This document shows, one piece after another, positions 12,847-26,326 of a stretch of 64,000 bases of DNA. The notes below the pieces were generated by a model that was given only the letters and a program-made list of their open reading frames with translations, ran no database searches and had not been told where the DNA came from. Positions within the stretch are counted from its first letter, which is position 1. Every line of letters begins with the position of its first letter. Position numbers and translations under genes: made by a program. Origin of the DNA: Podarcis erhardii (taxonomy: Eukaryota); assembly GCA_964252035.1 (NCBI GenBank), contig OZ176200.1. The stretch is one strand, 5' to 3'.

Positions 12847-12981
12847 GTATTTTCATACACGGCTGACAAGGAGATTCGTACAGATGATTTGTGTTTGGAT
12901 GTGTCTAGACTCAATGGTCCTGTGATCATGTTAAAGTGCCACCACATGAGAGGAAACCAACTTTGGGAGTATGATGCTGAG
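12847..12981 (+). CDS. GALNT13: GALNT13 exon, lectin beta repeat
   Basis: CTCTTCCAG| acceptor; 135 nt, phase 0/0; GAG|GTATTT donor. Encodes [45 protein letters not shown]. Confidence 0.97.
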
Positions 12982-13649
12982 GTATTTATTCAAACACAGA
13001 AGGAAACCAAACGTAGTGTTACTAATCATGTTCAACTTTTATTGCCAGGGTCTCAAGATGAACAGGCAAAACCTGTCACATGTCCTAGAATGTGTTGCTG
13101 CTTTCAATTTGGCAAAAGATCTTTTGGCCATGGCTGGACTTGGTGTTTCCTGTAATTTGTCCACAGACCTATGAGCCTTTCAACTTTATTCAGAATATCT
13201 GGGGAAAACAAACCTTGCCTGCACCCACCACCCCACCGCTGACTTTTAACTCCCGATGTCACACTAACTTGAAATCTTCCAGGATACATCTAACACAATT
13301 AAGTGTGGTGAGAAGGTATATATTGGTTGAGTATGTGCATACGAAGTCCAAGGTATGTGTGTGCATATATGTACATGTTCACGCACACATCATGGTAAAA
13401 TTAGTAAGGCTTGGTAGGCCAGTTGTGCAGGTCATGTGATCAAAGAAAGCAACGAGAAATGTTTATGCATTTGCAGGTATACATAAAATAGTAAATTAAG
13501 TGGCAATGCTGTCTTAGAAGGGAGAAGAGCTGATGCTTAGTTAGCTAAGTTTGTGGCTTTGGTCAGGAACATTTTCTTCTGGCATGAAATTTTCAGTCCT
13601 TTTCCCAACTTCAGATCCAGATCCAGAAACTGTAACTGAGGATTTCATT

Positions 13650-13652
<3 letters not shown>

Positions 13653-13692
<40 letters not shown>
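13653..13692. repeat. (AC)n microsatellite
   Basis: About 20 AC units. Confidence 0.97.
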
Positions 13693-13695
<3 letters not shown>

Positions 13696-15637
13696 AGCTC
13701 AAATTGTGTTTGGAGTCTGGGTTGTAACCAGGGGCTGGTTAAGTTGGATCCTGCCAAGGGCTGAGTAGCTAGGAGCCTGCACATGTGTGCACTATTAGAA
13801 TTGTTCACTGGCAGAGCAGGAAAGACAATGAAAAGCCAAGCTTTTGAGTTTCTGGTCCGGGGGGTGTTGATACAGCTCCTTGCCACGGATGCAAGAGACC
13901 TTAGGTCCATCTCTGTTTGGAGTGCCTTCTGTAGACCCACCCACTATCTCAGCCACCTCCTCTCCTGATCGTCAAGTGTTCATCATGAAGCTCTGCAGGG
14001 CGATTCCAACCAGGGTTCCCAGTTGCAGGGAGAATTCTAACTCTGATCAACTGCATGCAGTTTGAATCCCCCTTTCGGACCTTGGTGCAAAATACATAAA
14101 GGCTAGGAAATAAGACAACATACTAGGGAACTTGGGGTGGGATTTTACACCTCCCCATTTCTAGCCTACACACGCTGTTTTGAATGCCTAAAGAGAGATT
14201 TATCATTGTAATGTTTTCTTTGTTGGGCTCAACTGTTCAGAAACTACATCAGGAGTGGATCTTAGTGCTCCCATCTTCTAATGGCAGTGAGTCACTAGGT
14301 ATAAATTATACCAGTGCCCCAGGGTCTATTATAGTCTTCTTATAACTTTGGAGACTGTGGAAGACAGTGCTTTTGACTTACTATGAATGGCCCAAAACCT
14401 TCCTATGTACAAGACTGACATTTCTCCTACATTTCACGACAAGCTCTTAAATTGACTGAAGGCACCATTTGGGCTATATCTTTCATATACCCACATGATG
14501 AGATTGCAAATAGAAGTGTTTTCAGCAGCTGGTGCTAGAGAATGACTGAACTGCTAGTTTGAGTGCAGAAGGAATGGGGGGGACAGGAATACACTTTCTG
14601 GTTCACCTTGAAAATTGATTTATACAGTAATTTTTGAAACTTATAATTTCTGCAGTAATCTGCTTCCCAACATGCCAATAATATACAAGCCCTCGCTCGT
14701 TATTCCAAGGCTGCTTTCATTCTTGGGGAATGATATACAGGACGATAAAATATGCAGTACCGTAAATTACTGTGACTCGATCCATGATTGTACATCCATA
14801 AATACTGCTGCTGTAGAATATTTGGGATGCAAAAAGAGAAGATGATGATAGTTTCATCATTGTAAAAAGGCATATTATAAGAAGTATATGAGTACTGGAA
14901 AGCTGTAGAACTAGTCAGAGCAGTGCAAATCATTATTTTGCAAATACTTGAATGTAGCTTGTTAGGAGAATATTCAGCGATTTAATGTACTCACTGAACT
15001 AGTTCGCCCAAGTGTATTTTGCACTTGACAATGATAGCATCAGATGGTAGCGTTTGTGTGTGCGAGCACAGACCATTTGCAGATTGAATTCATATGAAAG
15101 TTCCCACAGCCATAGAGGAACATTTCATTCAACCAGCACCTGTATATGATTTTAAAAACCCACCAGTGGCATCATTCACTCTCTTAAAGCATGTAAAGGC
15201 ACAATGTGAGTGGACTTGTGTTCTAAAGTCAAGTGCTGATAAATCAAATGCTGTATCTGCGTGGAGCAGCCCAATATCCCCTCAGCAAATGGCGTTTGCA
15301 CTGACATCACCTCTCTGAAAGCACATGATAAGGCCATTACCTTGCTTAAGCTAAACACATCTGGGTCTGGTCAGTACCTAAATGAGAGACCTGCTAGGAA
15401 TTCCATGTATACTGCCACTTTCCATAATGGAAAAAGCAAGGAATAAATGATAGAAAATAAATAAATATCTGAGCTATTGTAGGGGAATTTTCCATACAAA
15501 CCATTTGTGGGTGCAAGTAACTTCTTTGGATAGGTTGGGAGTGGTTTTTGCATTTGTTTTTTTTATTTTACTTCCAGTTCAGTAATACATTTTTGGGGTT
15601 CTCCTGTTCAGATTAGTGCTTCCATTTTGACGACATA

Positions 15638-15882
15638 CAGTGGTACCTCGGGTTACATACGCTTCAGGTTACATACGCTTCAGGTTACAGACTCCGCTAA
15701 CCCAGAAATAGTACCTCGGGTTAAGAACTTTACCTCAGGATGAGAACAGAAATTGTGTGGCGGAGACGGCGCAGCAGCAGCAGGAGGTCCCATTAGCTAA
15801 AGTGGTACCTCAGGTTAAGAACAGTTTCAGGATAAGAACAGACCTCCAGAACGAATTAAGTTCTTAACCCGAGGTACCACTG
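15638..15882. mobile_element. Tigger-like MITE
   Basis: TA TSD; perfect 18-bp TIR CAGTGGTACCTCGGGTTA; internal tandem duplication of GGTTACATACGCTTCA. Confidence 0.92.
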
Positions 15883-17063
15883 TATTTGAAATGTTCAATG
15901 GATTTCTTTTTTAAATAAAAATGCTTTTTCTTCTGTAGTTATGGTTCCACAAGTGGAGAACCACTACAGAAAAGGCCCTTGTGCTGCCCCCCCCCAGACT
16001 TCTCATGGAGGAGGCACAAGAAAAAGGGCCTCCGATGATGATTGCAGGATATGAATAGATTCCTGTGGAGAAAGGCAGTCCTTGAAAGGAGGAGAACGAT
16101 TTTCCCAACTCCCCCTCCTCTTCATGGTCCCATAAAACCTGTTATAGAAGGTTCCCCCAGTGCATATTTTCAAGGGATGGCGTGGGCTCCAGGAGAAAGG
16201 GGGAGTCAGCAAAAATAGTACCATCTCCTCCTCTGTTAAAAGATGTCTCCCACTGGAACAATAGCACTAGTAAGACCAACTGGATTCTGGTCTGTGAATT
16301 CAACTTTTCCTCAGTGAATTAGAAAAATACATATTCACACCACAGAATATATATCTGTGATATATGTGTCACCCATCAACAGAGAATATTTTTCAGTTAA
16401 GAACTGCTGTTCTCTTAAGATGGAAATACATGGATATATTATCAATTAGTGAACGAAACTTCTAGTAATCTAGTAAGATTAATCTAGTAATCTAGTAAGT
16501 TTTTTAATAAGTTGGCAAAATTGCTAGTTTTACAACATTTGTAAAATTTATTTGATAATATTTTAATGTTAGGTTCAGCTGAAACTAACTCATGCTTGGG
16601 TTAGACACATTGAAATGAAATGGACATAATTAACTTATGGCCCATTGATTTCAACAGGCCTAACTCCCAAACATAATAAAATATGGATACAATCCTATGT
16701 TCAGAAATGGTCCACAAAAAATGCCTAATCAAAAACATGTTTTGCTGTAGAGGGCTTTTTTGTTTTTAATAGCTTGCAAAACGTGTAGAAGCATCTTGTA
16801 AAATCTGTGTTGGCCATTAGATGGAGCCAGCAAAAAAGAAATATTTTATGGCTCAGCTCCTATATTAAGAAACTCTGTTAAGAAGACAGCTTGTCATTAT
16901 TTTAATCTGTAACTTTTGTTATGATGTTATTAATTTACATTCATACAGAAAATAATTTTAATAAAAATTGCAGCTACTCCATGCTGAAATGTATGCTGCT
17001 TGATTGTAGAGATGCTATCAATTCTTTTTCCACTTTTGCAATATTAGTCCTGGGTTTAAGCTT

Positions 17064-17158
17064 TAGATAGATGATTGATAGATAGAGATAGAGATAGAGA
17101 GATAGATAGAGAGATAGATAGATGGATGATAGATGGATGATTGATAGATAGGAGATAG
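17064..17158. repeat. Compound (GATA)/(GAGATA)/(GGAT) microsatellite
   Basis: Direct reading of the sequence. Confidence 0.9.
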
Positions 17159-17469
17159 AGCTTTCAGTTTTACTTTTCAAAGACTGGAAATGAACACTGA
17201 ATTTTTTGCTATATAAGAGGTTTGCAGAGCTGTGGTTGTTTTGTTTTTTTCTCTTCTCCCCCCACCCTATCTGCATATTTGTGCTTCAAAATACAATAAA
17301 TAGCAAATTTCTTGTTCTTACAGTAGTGTGTTCATACATTATGTATTGTATCCAGTGATTTTTGTGCACAAATGAAATAGAAGTTATATGCAAGCATAAC
17401 TGCAGACACAGTGGACCTTGTGTTTCTTCTCTTCCTCATGTGCAGTGCATTCCCCAAATTGCTCTACAG

Positions 17470-17912
17470 CAGGGATGTCCAACAGGTCGATTGCGATCTA
17501 CTGGTAGATCCCCGGGAGGTTTGGGTAGATCGTGGTCGATCTCTGGGTGCCTTTCCTTAGCGTTGGTAAAATAGAATCTGGCTCTGCCCCCTCGCCCCAC
17601 CCTCCATTGTTGCACGATCTTCAGAACGGAAGACAGAGCTTACTCAGTTTGTTTCCCTAGTGATCTGTTGGTGAGTGGCTGGTGGCTGTTCTTTCTCCCT
17701 TGAACTTAGGCTTGAATTCTCAAAAATCGGGGCTTTGCTCCTCCCTAAAAAAGCTCAACAACTTTTACCTGAACCCCCCCAAAATGAGGCTTCCCTTCCT
17801 AAAAAAAGCTGAACAACCCTGACCTGAACCCCCCCTAAAAAAAGGGGGTAGATCACTGCCAGTTTTTAATTCTGTGAGTAGATCACAGTCTCTTGGGAGT
17901 TGGCCACCCCTG
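17470..17912. mobile_element. Non-autonomous hAT (Charlie-like) element
   Basis: TIRs CAGGGATGTCCAAC / GTTGGCCACCCCTG; 8-bp TSD CTCTACAG / CTCTAGAG; subterminal GTAGATC repeats. Confidence 0.85.
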
Positions 17913-20084
17913 CTCTAGAGGGTTGAGTGGTCTTCCAGGGCAGATTTGCAAAGTGTGGAGAAAGTAGAATAAGGAGAAGTTCTGTTGCAGAAAGAACTTG
18001 CTCCTGCAATGTTTGATTCGACTCTTATGAAAATAAGGTTTTAAAACTTTCATCCAATTTCCCCGTCAGCACAGCTGTAGGATCCCTTTTTGTTTAGTAT
18101 TTTGCGTAGTTATTTGTTTATTGAGCAACACAAATAGCTAAAATACTGGGATAATCCTGCCAAATTTAAGCACTCTTAATTCTGACTCATTTAAATGCTA
18201 CAGCTAATTTTGTGTGTAACTGAGGGTCAAAAGAGACATGACACAGAAGAGTCATCATTCTACCTGTCTCTTTAAGGGTCTGAGGGGAGTGCCAATTTTG
18301 ATCAGAGCTGCAACACGGGGTGGGTTTAACCCTTCTATGGTATTTCCCTATTCTGAATCATCTGTGTCCCCAGCTGCTATTATTCCACAGTGGAAAGACA
18401 GGAGAAGGGAACAGGGGTGTACAATTGTTTTGAAAACAAATACAAAACAAAATGAATGAGCCCAATTTGTCGTCTTTGCTGTTGAATGAAAATGAGTGGA
18501 AAAGCAGAATAAGCAGAATGTCACCCATTTCATTTTCCCATTTCAATTTCAATTGCCTTCCTCTTGAGGCACTCTTTTGTGTTATCTGGAACACAGTATA
18601 CAGTTCGTAGAAAGGTCACAATGGAGAGGGCAGTGAAACTTGCAGATTAGAAAGTTGCATTTAGTTTACATAGGTTATGTCTGTGTGCTTTATTTTTTAA
18701 ATTGCCTTTGTTTGAGAACTCTTTGTGGAATTTGGCAGTTCCATTGGCCTTAGTGGTGAAAGAATGCCATAAATATTTCATACTGTTAGTGAATAAAACT
18801 TAGAAGTTACAAGCAGGAATTTAATGTTGAATGGAAGGCTTAGAGAATGCCTGTTTTGTTTTTTTAATTAATTCCACTTTGTCCAACATAACTAATGTTC
18901 AGTCATGTAGTAGGATATTGGTTGAAAAAGTTCAAGGTTCTCACAAATAGTATCTGAGATGGTAAACCTTTCCATGGGACTAAAAGGGGGGGGGGAATCC
19001 CCCATGTAAAAAAAACTTATACAGTATGTCAACCAGAAGACTATGCTACCACCCTTCTCAATGATCTAGTAGTTTTCAGTATGCAAGAAAGTTTCTCCGT
19101 TTAGGGTTAACCTTTTTTAGTTTGTTTACTGCATCTGGATGTTTGGGGTTTTATTTTACTCTTTGCTGACAATTTAGAGCTATTCCAAGTTGAAGAATAT
19201 GCAAGTTTTAGGAGAGAGCTTTTACATTTCTTGTATCAGCAAAGCACACACTCCTCTTGTGTTATGAAAGATCATAAACTCTTTAGAAATTCACTGTGCT
19301 GGTTTAGTGCATGCAACAGCTTGACAGTCAAAACTTTGATGAAGCAATTTGTAATATATCTCTAGCATTGCTAAATATACCAATGTGAAGTCTGAGAGTA
19401 TTTCTGTTGCTTGTTGCTTCCATGAGGAAAATGTGACTATGGATTTTTAAATGGGGGGAAACCATCCCTTTTCATCTTTTATGAACTTATTACTGATGAA
19501 AGTTCAAACCTCCATAGAAATTTAGCTTTGGGTTAAAGAAGAAGCATGAAAATTGTTTTCCTCAAGCTGAACTGTGAGCATATGGAAGACAGAAGACTCA
19601 TAATAAATACTAATAGCTGATGGGTTAAGAAATTTGTAATATATGTCAACAAATCAAATAAATACAGGCTTACTCTAGGAGTACCAAAATGCACTGTCAT
19701 CCACTCACAAGAGTTAGCATCTGACTTGGGGAAACCTCAAAGTTTGCAGAAGTGTACTCTAGAATAAATACCCTAAGGGTAGGGTGAAGGACACAAAAGA
19801 GCCCAGTGATGATTGAATATTTTCATTGGCCACGCTGTCTGTTTGCAGGGGCAGTGCAATGGAATATCCTGGAGATATGACTGGCTGTAACCCTGAACAC
19901 AGTTCCACATTACAATGTTTTGTTTCAGGTCCTTCTTCCTATCACTTCCTAAATCCAAGTATTGCCCATGCCTGCCTGGTACCTCTTTCTTGCCCCAACT
20001 CAAATGCCCTAAAATGGTATCCCCTCACCTGCTAGGGCTGAGCAAGCATCCCACCTCTTCCTTCTCTCCCCAGAGTACATAGAC

Positions 20085-20220
20085 CAGGTTTCCTCAAACT
20101 TGGCCCTCCAGATGTTTTGAGACTACAGTTCCCAGCATCCCTGACTACTGGTCCTGCTAGCTAGGGATCATGGGAGTTGTAGGCCAAACACATCTGGATG
20201 GCTGAGTTTGAGGAAGCCTG
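20085..20220. mobile_element. hAT-type MITE
   Basis: TIRs CAGGTTTCCTCAAACT / AGTTTGAGGAAGCCTG; TSD ACATAGAC / ACATAGGC. Confidence 0.88.
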
Positions 20221-20530
20221 ACATAGGCAGTTCTCCTGCTACTGTACGTTTCCATCTCCTTTGTTTGCCTAGTCATGAGATCTCCCTCTGCAAATTAGGA
20301 AACTATCAAAGCATGAGACTCCACATCCTTCACAAACTCTACTCAGATTTAGTAATCCCACTCCCTGGATGTTGTGCCCTGTCTTCTGCTCTCCAACACT
20401 CCACTCCATTTCAGGGTCCCTGGCGATGGAGGTATGGGAGAAGAGAGTTCTTCAACACCTCCTCTTGTCTCTCATCCAAATAAGACGGCTAGCTTCTCAA
20501 GATCTTTGTGCCCCCATGATTGCTGAATAA

Positions 20531-22432
20531 CACTGGGCAACAATTTTTTACTTTTTGAATGTTGTCTAGATTTCTACAACTGATTTAGGGTATTTTTGCA
20601 CTGCTGAATCAGGAAATGGCATCCGTTTCTCTCCATCAGGTCAGGTTTTCTGTAAACTGAATGGTGGGCATTGATAAAGGTAAGTACACGTAAATTGCAT
20701 GTTGCTTCACCATTTTTCAAACTTCAGGGCTTGAACTTCTGTTTCTTGGAACGCCTGGAATGCTCAGCAGCATGGAGGTCTCTCTTCAGAGTCCAACAGT
20801 AGTCAGCCATCATGACTGTGTCCCAGCGACCCTGATACCTGGTCTCCATCTCTTTCATGTCCTGATGAAATCTCTCCCCCTGCTCGTCACTCATTGAACC
20901 CAGGTTCTCAGGAGACCGGTCCATATGTGAAAATAGGTAGTGCTCATGTTGCAGCACAGGTTTCTGAAAGCAGTCAGCATGTTGTTGACAAGTTCTGCGT
21001 AGTTTCTGGCCTTATTGTTGCCAAGAAAGTTCTTCACTACCAGAACAAATGCCTTCCACGCTTCCAGTTCCACTTTGTTCATTGAGTTTCCGAACTCTGG
21101 ATCTCTGATGAGCTGACGGATCTGAGGACCATCAAAGATGCCAACTTTCAACTTCTCCATGGTCAGTCCTGGAAAAGCCTGGCACAAGTAAATGAAGCGG
21201 TCACCATCCTTGTCCAGAGCCTTGGTGAACTGCTTGATTAAGCCAAGCTTGATGTGCAGCGGTGGGAAGAGTATTCTGTCTCTGTCCACCAGAGGGTCGT
21301 TGATGACGTTCCTTTCTTTGCAAGGCACCAATTCCTCCCGCACAGGCCAATTCTTCTTCGTGTAATGCTGAGCACGGTCCCTACTATCCCACATGCACAG
21401 AAAACATGGGTACTTGGTGAAGCCAGACTGTTGTCCCAACAAAAAGTTCACCATCTTCAGGTTAACACAAATAAACCACTTATGCTGATCATAACCAATT
21501 TTCTCCAGCACATACTTCACCGCTTCATAGTTCTCGTTCAGTGTACTCGAGTGAGCCGGGGTATAGAGGCAAACTGGTTGCCGTTGTGTAGCAGAACACA
21601 TTTCAGTGATCGCTTGCTGCTGTCAATGAACAGTCTCCAATCTTTGGGTTCATACTGTGGCACTCCAAGCTTGAGCAGAAGCTGCGCAATATCTGCACAG
21701 TACACCAAGTCCTTTTCTTCTGAGAAAAAACGGAGGTACTCTTGATGCCTGTTGCACAAGAAGCTGATGCGAGCACTGTCAGAGAGGAGGTTTTTTTCCT
21801 TCAATCTGGATGCCAACAGTTCGGCAGAGTCCTTTGACAAGCTGAAGTCGTGAACTAGATCATTCATCTCCTTTTGGGAAAATGGATGTGGAGCATCATC
21901 TTCAAGAACCACTTCTTCCTCATGTCCTTCAACACTGGAGGCATCTTCGTCACTAATGTCAGGAAGTTCTCCGAAGATAGGCACTGGAATTTCATCACAA
22001 TGAGCTACAGGACGATGTGCTGATTGAAGATCATGATACTTCGTGGGGCAGCTGCCCCATTAACTTAGTTTTGATCCCCCAACTTTATGCTTTGCTGGAC
22101 CAATTTATGGAAGATTTCGAGGTTTTATGACTTCAAACTGATCCCTTTTCGACATAATCACCCAGAACTATCGGACCTGAATACTTCTTGTCATTAAAAT
22201 AATCATTTCCAATCAAAACAATTATTTGACAAGGCATTTTACCCCCACCAACTTCTTCTAAAATGCTCCACACAAGCGTACATATGAACAAAAATGTAAA
22301 AAAAGACATGTGGCCATAGCTCAAAAACTTGACCTGATTGAGCAAAACCAATGTGATTTTTGGATTCAGCGCATCAGATTCATCCTAAATCAGCTGAAAA
22401 AACGCAGACAACAAATTTGTTGTTGACCAGTG
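20531..22432 (-). mobile_element. Chapaev3-type (CMC superfamily) DNA transposon, 1902 bp
   Basis: Termini CACTGGGCAACAA and revcomp CACTGGTCAACAA (12/13). TAA TSD at 20528-20530 and 22433-22435. Subterminal inverted blocks (TGATTTAGG, GCTGAATC, ATCAGGTCA). Encodes a transposase. Confidence 0.9.
20724..22041 (-). pseudogene. Frameshifted, N-terminally deleted Chapaev3 transposase
   Basis: Three consecutive frames give ...RPVAHCDEIPVPIFGELP...WRLFIDSSKRSLKCVLLHNG / GQQSGFTKYPCFLCMWDSR...PPLHIKLGL...FDGPQIR / HYLFSH...SDEQGERFHQ...MMADYCW. Two frameshifts (near 21560 and 20940). The N-terminal Cys-rich domain is absent. Confidence 0.9.
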
Positions 22433-25400
22433 TAATCAGACAAGACAGGGCAGAGAGAGAATAAAAGCCCAGCTCTATATTAGTACATGGAGGAACAGAC
22501 GCTTCATCTTCCTCCCATTGTATTCAAGTCTGAAGAGAACCTACATGTGTACAACTGGAGCAGACAGAGCACCCAATAACTTAACAAAAGCCAGTATTCC
22601 TGATAATGCATACAGACGCTATATGAGTATGCTCTGTTCAGAGCTTCAAATGAATGAATAGAAATCAGAAACATGGAGATCAGACATTGTTCCAATTTAT
22701 CTTCCCCCCATGTTCACCGAAATTATGAAAAGGACTGAAATGAATTCGTGTGCTTTATCTGAAGCAATGGTACTTACTGTGGCCGTTTGTCTATATATGG
22801 ACAAAAATTGGTTACCCTTTGTAGCAGATAATGATAATTGCGTCTATGGTGGGCAACTGCTTTTGCAATCCACTTATCCTGTGAAGGAGCAAAAATTGCC
22901 CTAACATTATTTGTGTGTATTAAAGGCTTTCAGTATGTCAGATTCAAAGAAAAGTAAGTTATCATCCGCCCTTAGTTGCTGGAAATGTGAAATGTCTGCA
23001 GGTATACATGAAAATGTAATCAGATAAGTGAGTAGTGTTTCTAATTTATATTGAGGACTAGTATCATTTTCAAAGAAGTGTTTGTGGAAAGATGTGTATT
23101 GACAGTAAGACATTTTCTGAGTCCTGGTTTAACTGCATGTGAAATTTATTTGCTTTTGTCAGTATATAGGTAAATGGGAATACAGCTTTGAGGTAAGTGT
23201 GTTGAAAACTGGCAAACCTCGTGATTGATTCTAGAATAGGACCTTGCTTGTTTTACTGCTGTGGTGGTACATATGACCTTGGCTTTCAGTAGATTGTGTT
23301 TTATTATGGCTCACTATAAATTTCCTGTAGTTGAAAATATTACATTGTAGCTTTCTAGAGACAAAGAAAGGGGGGGGGGGAGAGAAAAGAAACATATTCT
23401 GAAGATATGTAGCAGAAAGGACCAGAATGTCCTTTCTTAAATATGCTCTGTATTATTTCAGGACTTGATTTGTTTTAAACTATACAATATTAGAGTGTTC
23501 TTTTGAAACATGTTAAGGAAAACTTCATTTATGGCTTTTTCCTGCACCTGCGCAAATGAGTTGACAAAACTCCCATTGATTTTGGTGCTGCATCATAAAT
23601 CTTCTGCTAAGCACTTACAGCAGAGCATCGGGCCACGTCCCCCGAGAGATTCATTGATCATCTAACTGCACTCCTTTAGCTTCATTCATTCACGATGTTG
23701 ATACACTTGCAGGGTACACTTGTAAGCATTCTTTAACCGGTCAGAATCTCCAGGAATACAGCAGAAAACTTGGATCCCTACTACAGAGCAAAGCAATGAG
23801 AACGTTGGGTATGAATGTCTGGATCTGACAAATAGGGAAACTGTTTAAATTATAACCCAAGCTTTCATTTTAAAGCCAAATAAAATAGATTGTCACTACA
23901 GAAACACAGCCTTGTTGCTTTGAGGAACCAGCTGTTTTTAAAGTGTTGTTTTTTTGGGGGGGGTGGGTTTTTTTGTCTAATAATCCATGGTGGTCTAATA
24001 AGCCTTGGCAGGCATGCAATTATTAATGGCATTGGCTAGTGTGATAACTAGCTTCTCATTGAACACTGCAAATTATTTAGATGGCTGATAATGCTTCTGC
24101 TGCACAGGTTTTTTTTAAGGTTATGGTAACCAAGCAGCAGAGGTTTTGGAAGATCTGGCATATAATTCAGAGCCTCATCTAGATTGAAGGCTGTTTACTT
24201 TCCACAACACGCTTTTTGTCTGTAAACTGAAAGACTAATAATTTCATGAGGTTCCTTGTTTTCCTCTAAATTAGCAGGATAAATGAAAAACCAAACAGTG
24301 CGGGAGGTTGGTTCTGTGCATGAATTTGAGATGAGCTTAGCTCCTTTGAATTCAGCACAGCTCATTGGAGGCAAGACTACAGTATTTGATTATGTTCCTT
24401 TTCGATCTGAAGCCTTCTGCTAAATTGTTCTTACTTTGTTTATAATTATCTGTTGAATCTGCTGGATATATGTGTCTATAATAAATATTTAAATACGCAA
24501 GATTATTAAATCTTCCCATTGATTTATTCAGATGACATTTCCTTTCCACTAGTGAAAAAGAGAGAAAAGGAAGGACATGAACTTGCATCTCATAATGAAA
24601 CTGAAGCAAAAAAATTGATGTGCCAGCCGCTTACTCAAAGTGACATTATAAGGACATTCATTCTTGAATTTTCTTATTGTTTTCCATGCGAATACACTCT
24701 TAATCACACACGCAAATGTATGCTGCAGTGACTTACTATTATTTATTTATTTATTTATATCTGCCCTTGTTTATTTAAATCTGCCCTTCCTTGCAGATTT
24801 ATATCTGGGAGGGGTACAAAGCATAAATTAAAAGTTTCAAACTACAGCCATCCAACAGATTAAAAGAAGCAGATGAAATAACAGGGAAGCCAGCAACAAT
24901 AACAACTTTCTAAATCCAACCAAGTGAATGAACCTCCCATACAGTTTATGCTAAGAATAACTGGCTTTTCAGCTGTCAGTTAGACAGGGAACCACTAATC
25001 AATATATGTTTTGTTTTGTTTTGTTTTGTTTTTAAAAGTAAATGAAGGCTGAACTCAAGAATAGCTGTTAACATATTTGACTGCTATTCTTCATGTTGTT
25101 GGGTTTGAGGCATTCTGCTTAGTATTTTCCACTTAGCCAGTTTAGTCTATACATAGTAGGGAAGACACACAGGCTGAATTCATTAAAGTATGATTGTTGA
25201 TACCTGCACAGCTAGAGGACAAGAGAGAGAGAGAGCTCATTGCAACAGCTGGCTCCATCATTCTTCTCCCACAAAGCACTGGGAGGGCATTGCATCTTGA
25301 TGCAATGTACAGTGTGGTCCCAGTGCTTTCTGGGTGGAGAATAATAGCACAATCATCCTTTTCCCTCAAAGCAAAAATAAAATATAATTCCCACTTGCAC

Positions 25401-26326
25401 TTTCATGTAGTATAATCCCGCAAACCGTAGACTCTTCCATACAACTCTTTTGAATGTAATTTTCGTCTAGCATTTTTTATTATTAAAAAGAAGAAGGGCA
25501 ACTCACTTGAAACAGGGTGATCAAGAAAACTATCATTTGTACAATAAATACTTTACTCAGCAAAGCAGGTATGACCACAGAAGAATGGACCACATGGCTT
25601 ATAACTAGTACGACTGATAAGCCTCATTCCCGGTTTATTTTACACCTGGAGTCAATTCTGAAGCATTTTATGTTAAGCTTTCCTCCCTGTCACTCTGGGT
25701 GAGATTTGAAGCACACTTCTGCTCACATGAGGGGAAGCACTGCAATGTCTGCCATTGCCACCAAGGTGAGATCCCAGGTCATTGCAGAAGATTCCCCAAC
25801 TCCCAGAAAGAACTTGGGCAAAGGACTGCAGGAAGTGGAAGCAGGAAAGCCCCACTGCATGAGTGGAACTCCTTTTACAGCTCTTTCAATCCTACCCATT
25901 GAGTAGGATCCAGTGGAGCCCTCAGGGAATTCTCTCAGCACAAGGATTTCTCTTTGCACAACAGAATGCCTTCCCCCTGTGGGTCCCTAAATCTGTCCTA
26001 GGGCTTCCCCTTGGAACAGATTTGGGAAGGACTTGTGCAATTAGCAATCCTTGTGTTTATGGGACTCATTAGAAGACTAACTCCCATTGTTTCTGGATTA
26101 AGATTTGGAAATCTTGAGTTGATTAAATCTGTCTAGTTTTAAGGAAGTCATGTAACTGGTGGGTACTTTTTTCAAGATTAAATCTTACAACTGTACTTGA
26201 GAACATCACTTGATCTGGTTTGTTGAGCTTCCCTTTGCCAAAGGCCCAGTAGTGTTTTTCTTCTCTTTTCCATTTTTTATGTGATTTCTGTCTCTTTGTT
26301 TGTTTACCATTTTTCTTGTCATACAG

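Noticed and set aside
19806-19896. C box (GTGATGA) and D box (CTGA) about 90 nt apart, suggesting a snoRNA
   Set aside because: No terminal stem or recognisable guide; such motif pairs are common by chance.
20724-21984. Longest ORFs in the window as an active or domesticated transposase gene
   Set aside because: Two frameshifts and a missing N-terminus, and the ORFs still lie inside TIRs and a TSD; this is a decaying transposon copy.
24351-24360. REST/NRSE half-sites (TTCAGCAC here; GGACAGC near 29671)
   Set aside because: Only isolated half-sites, with no full 21-bp element.
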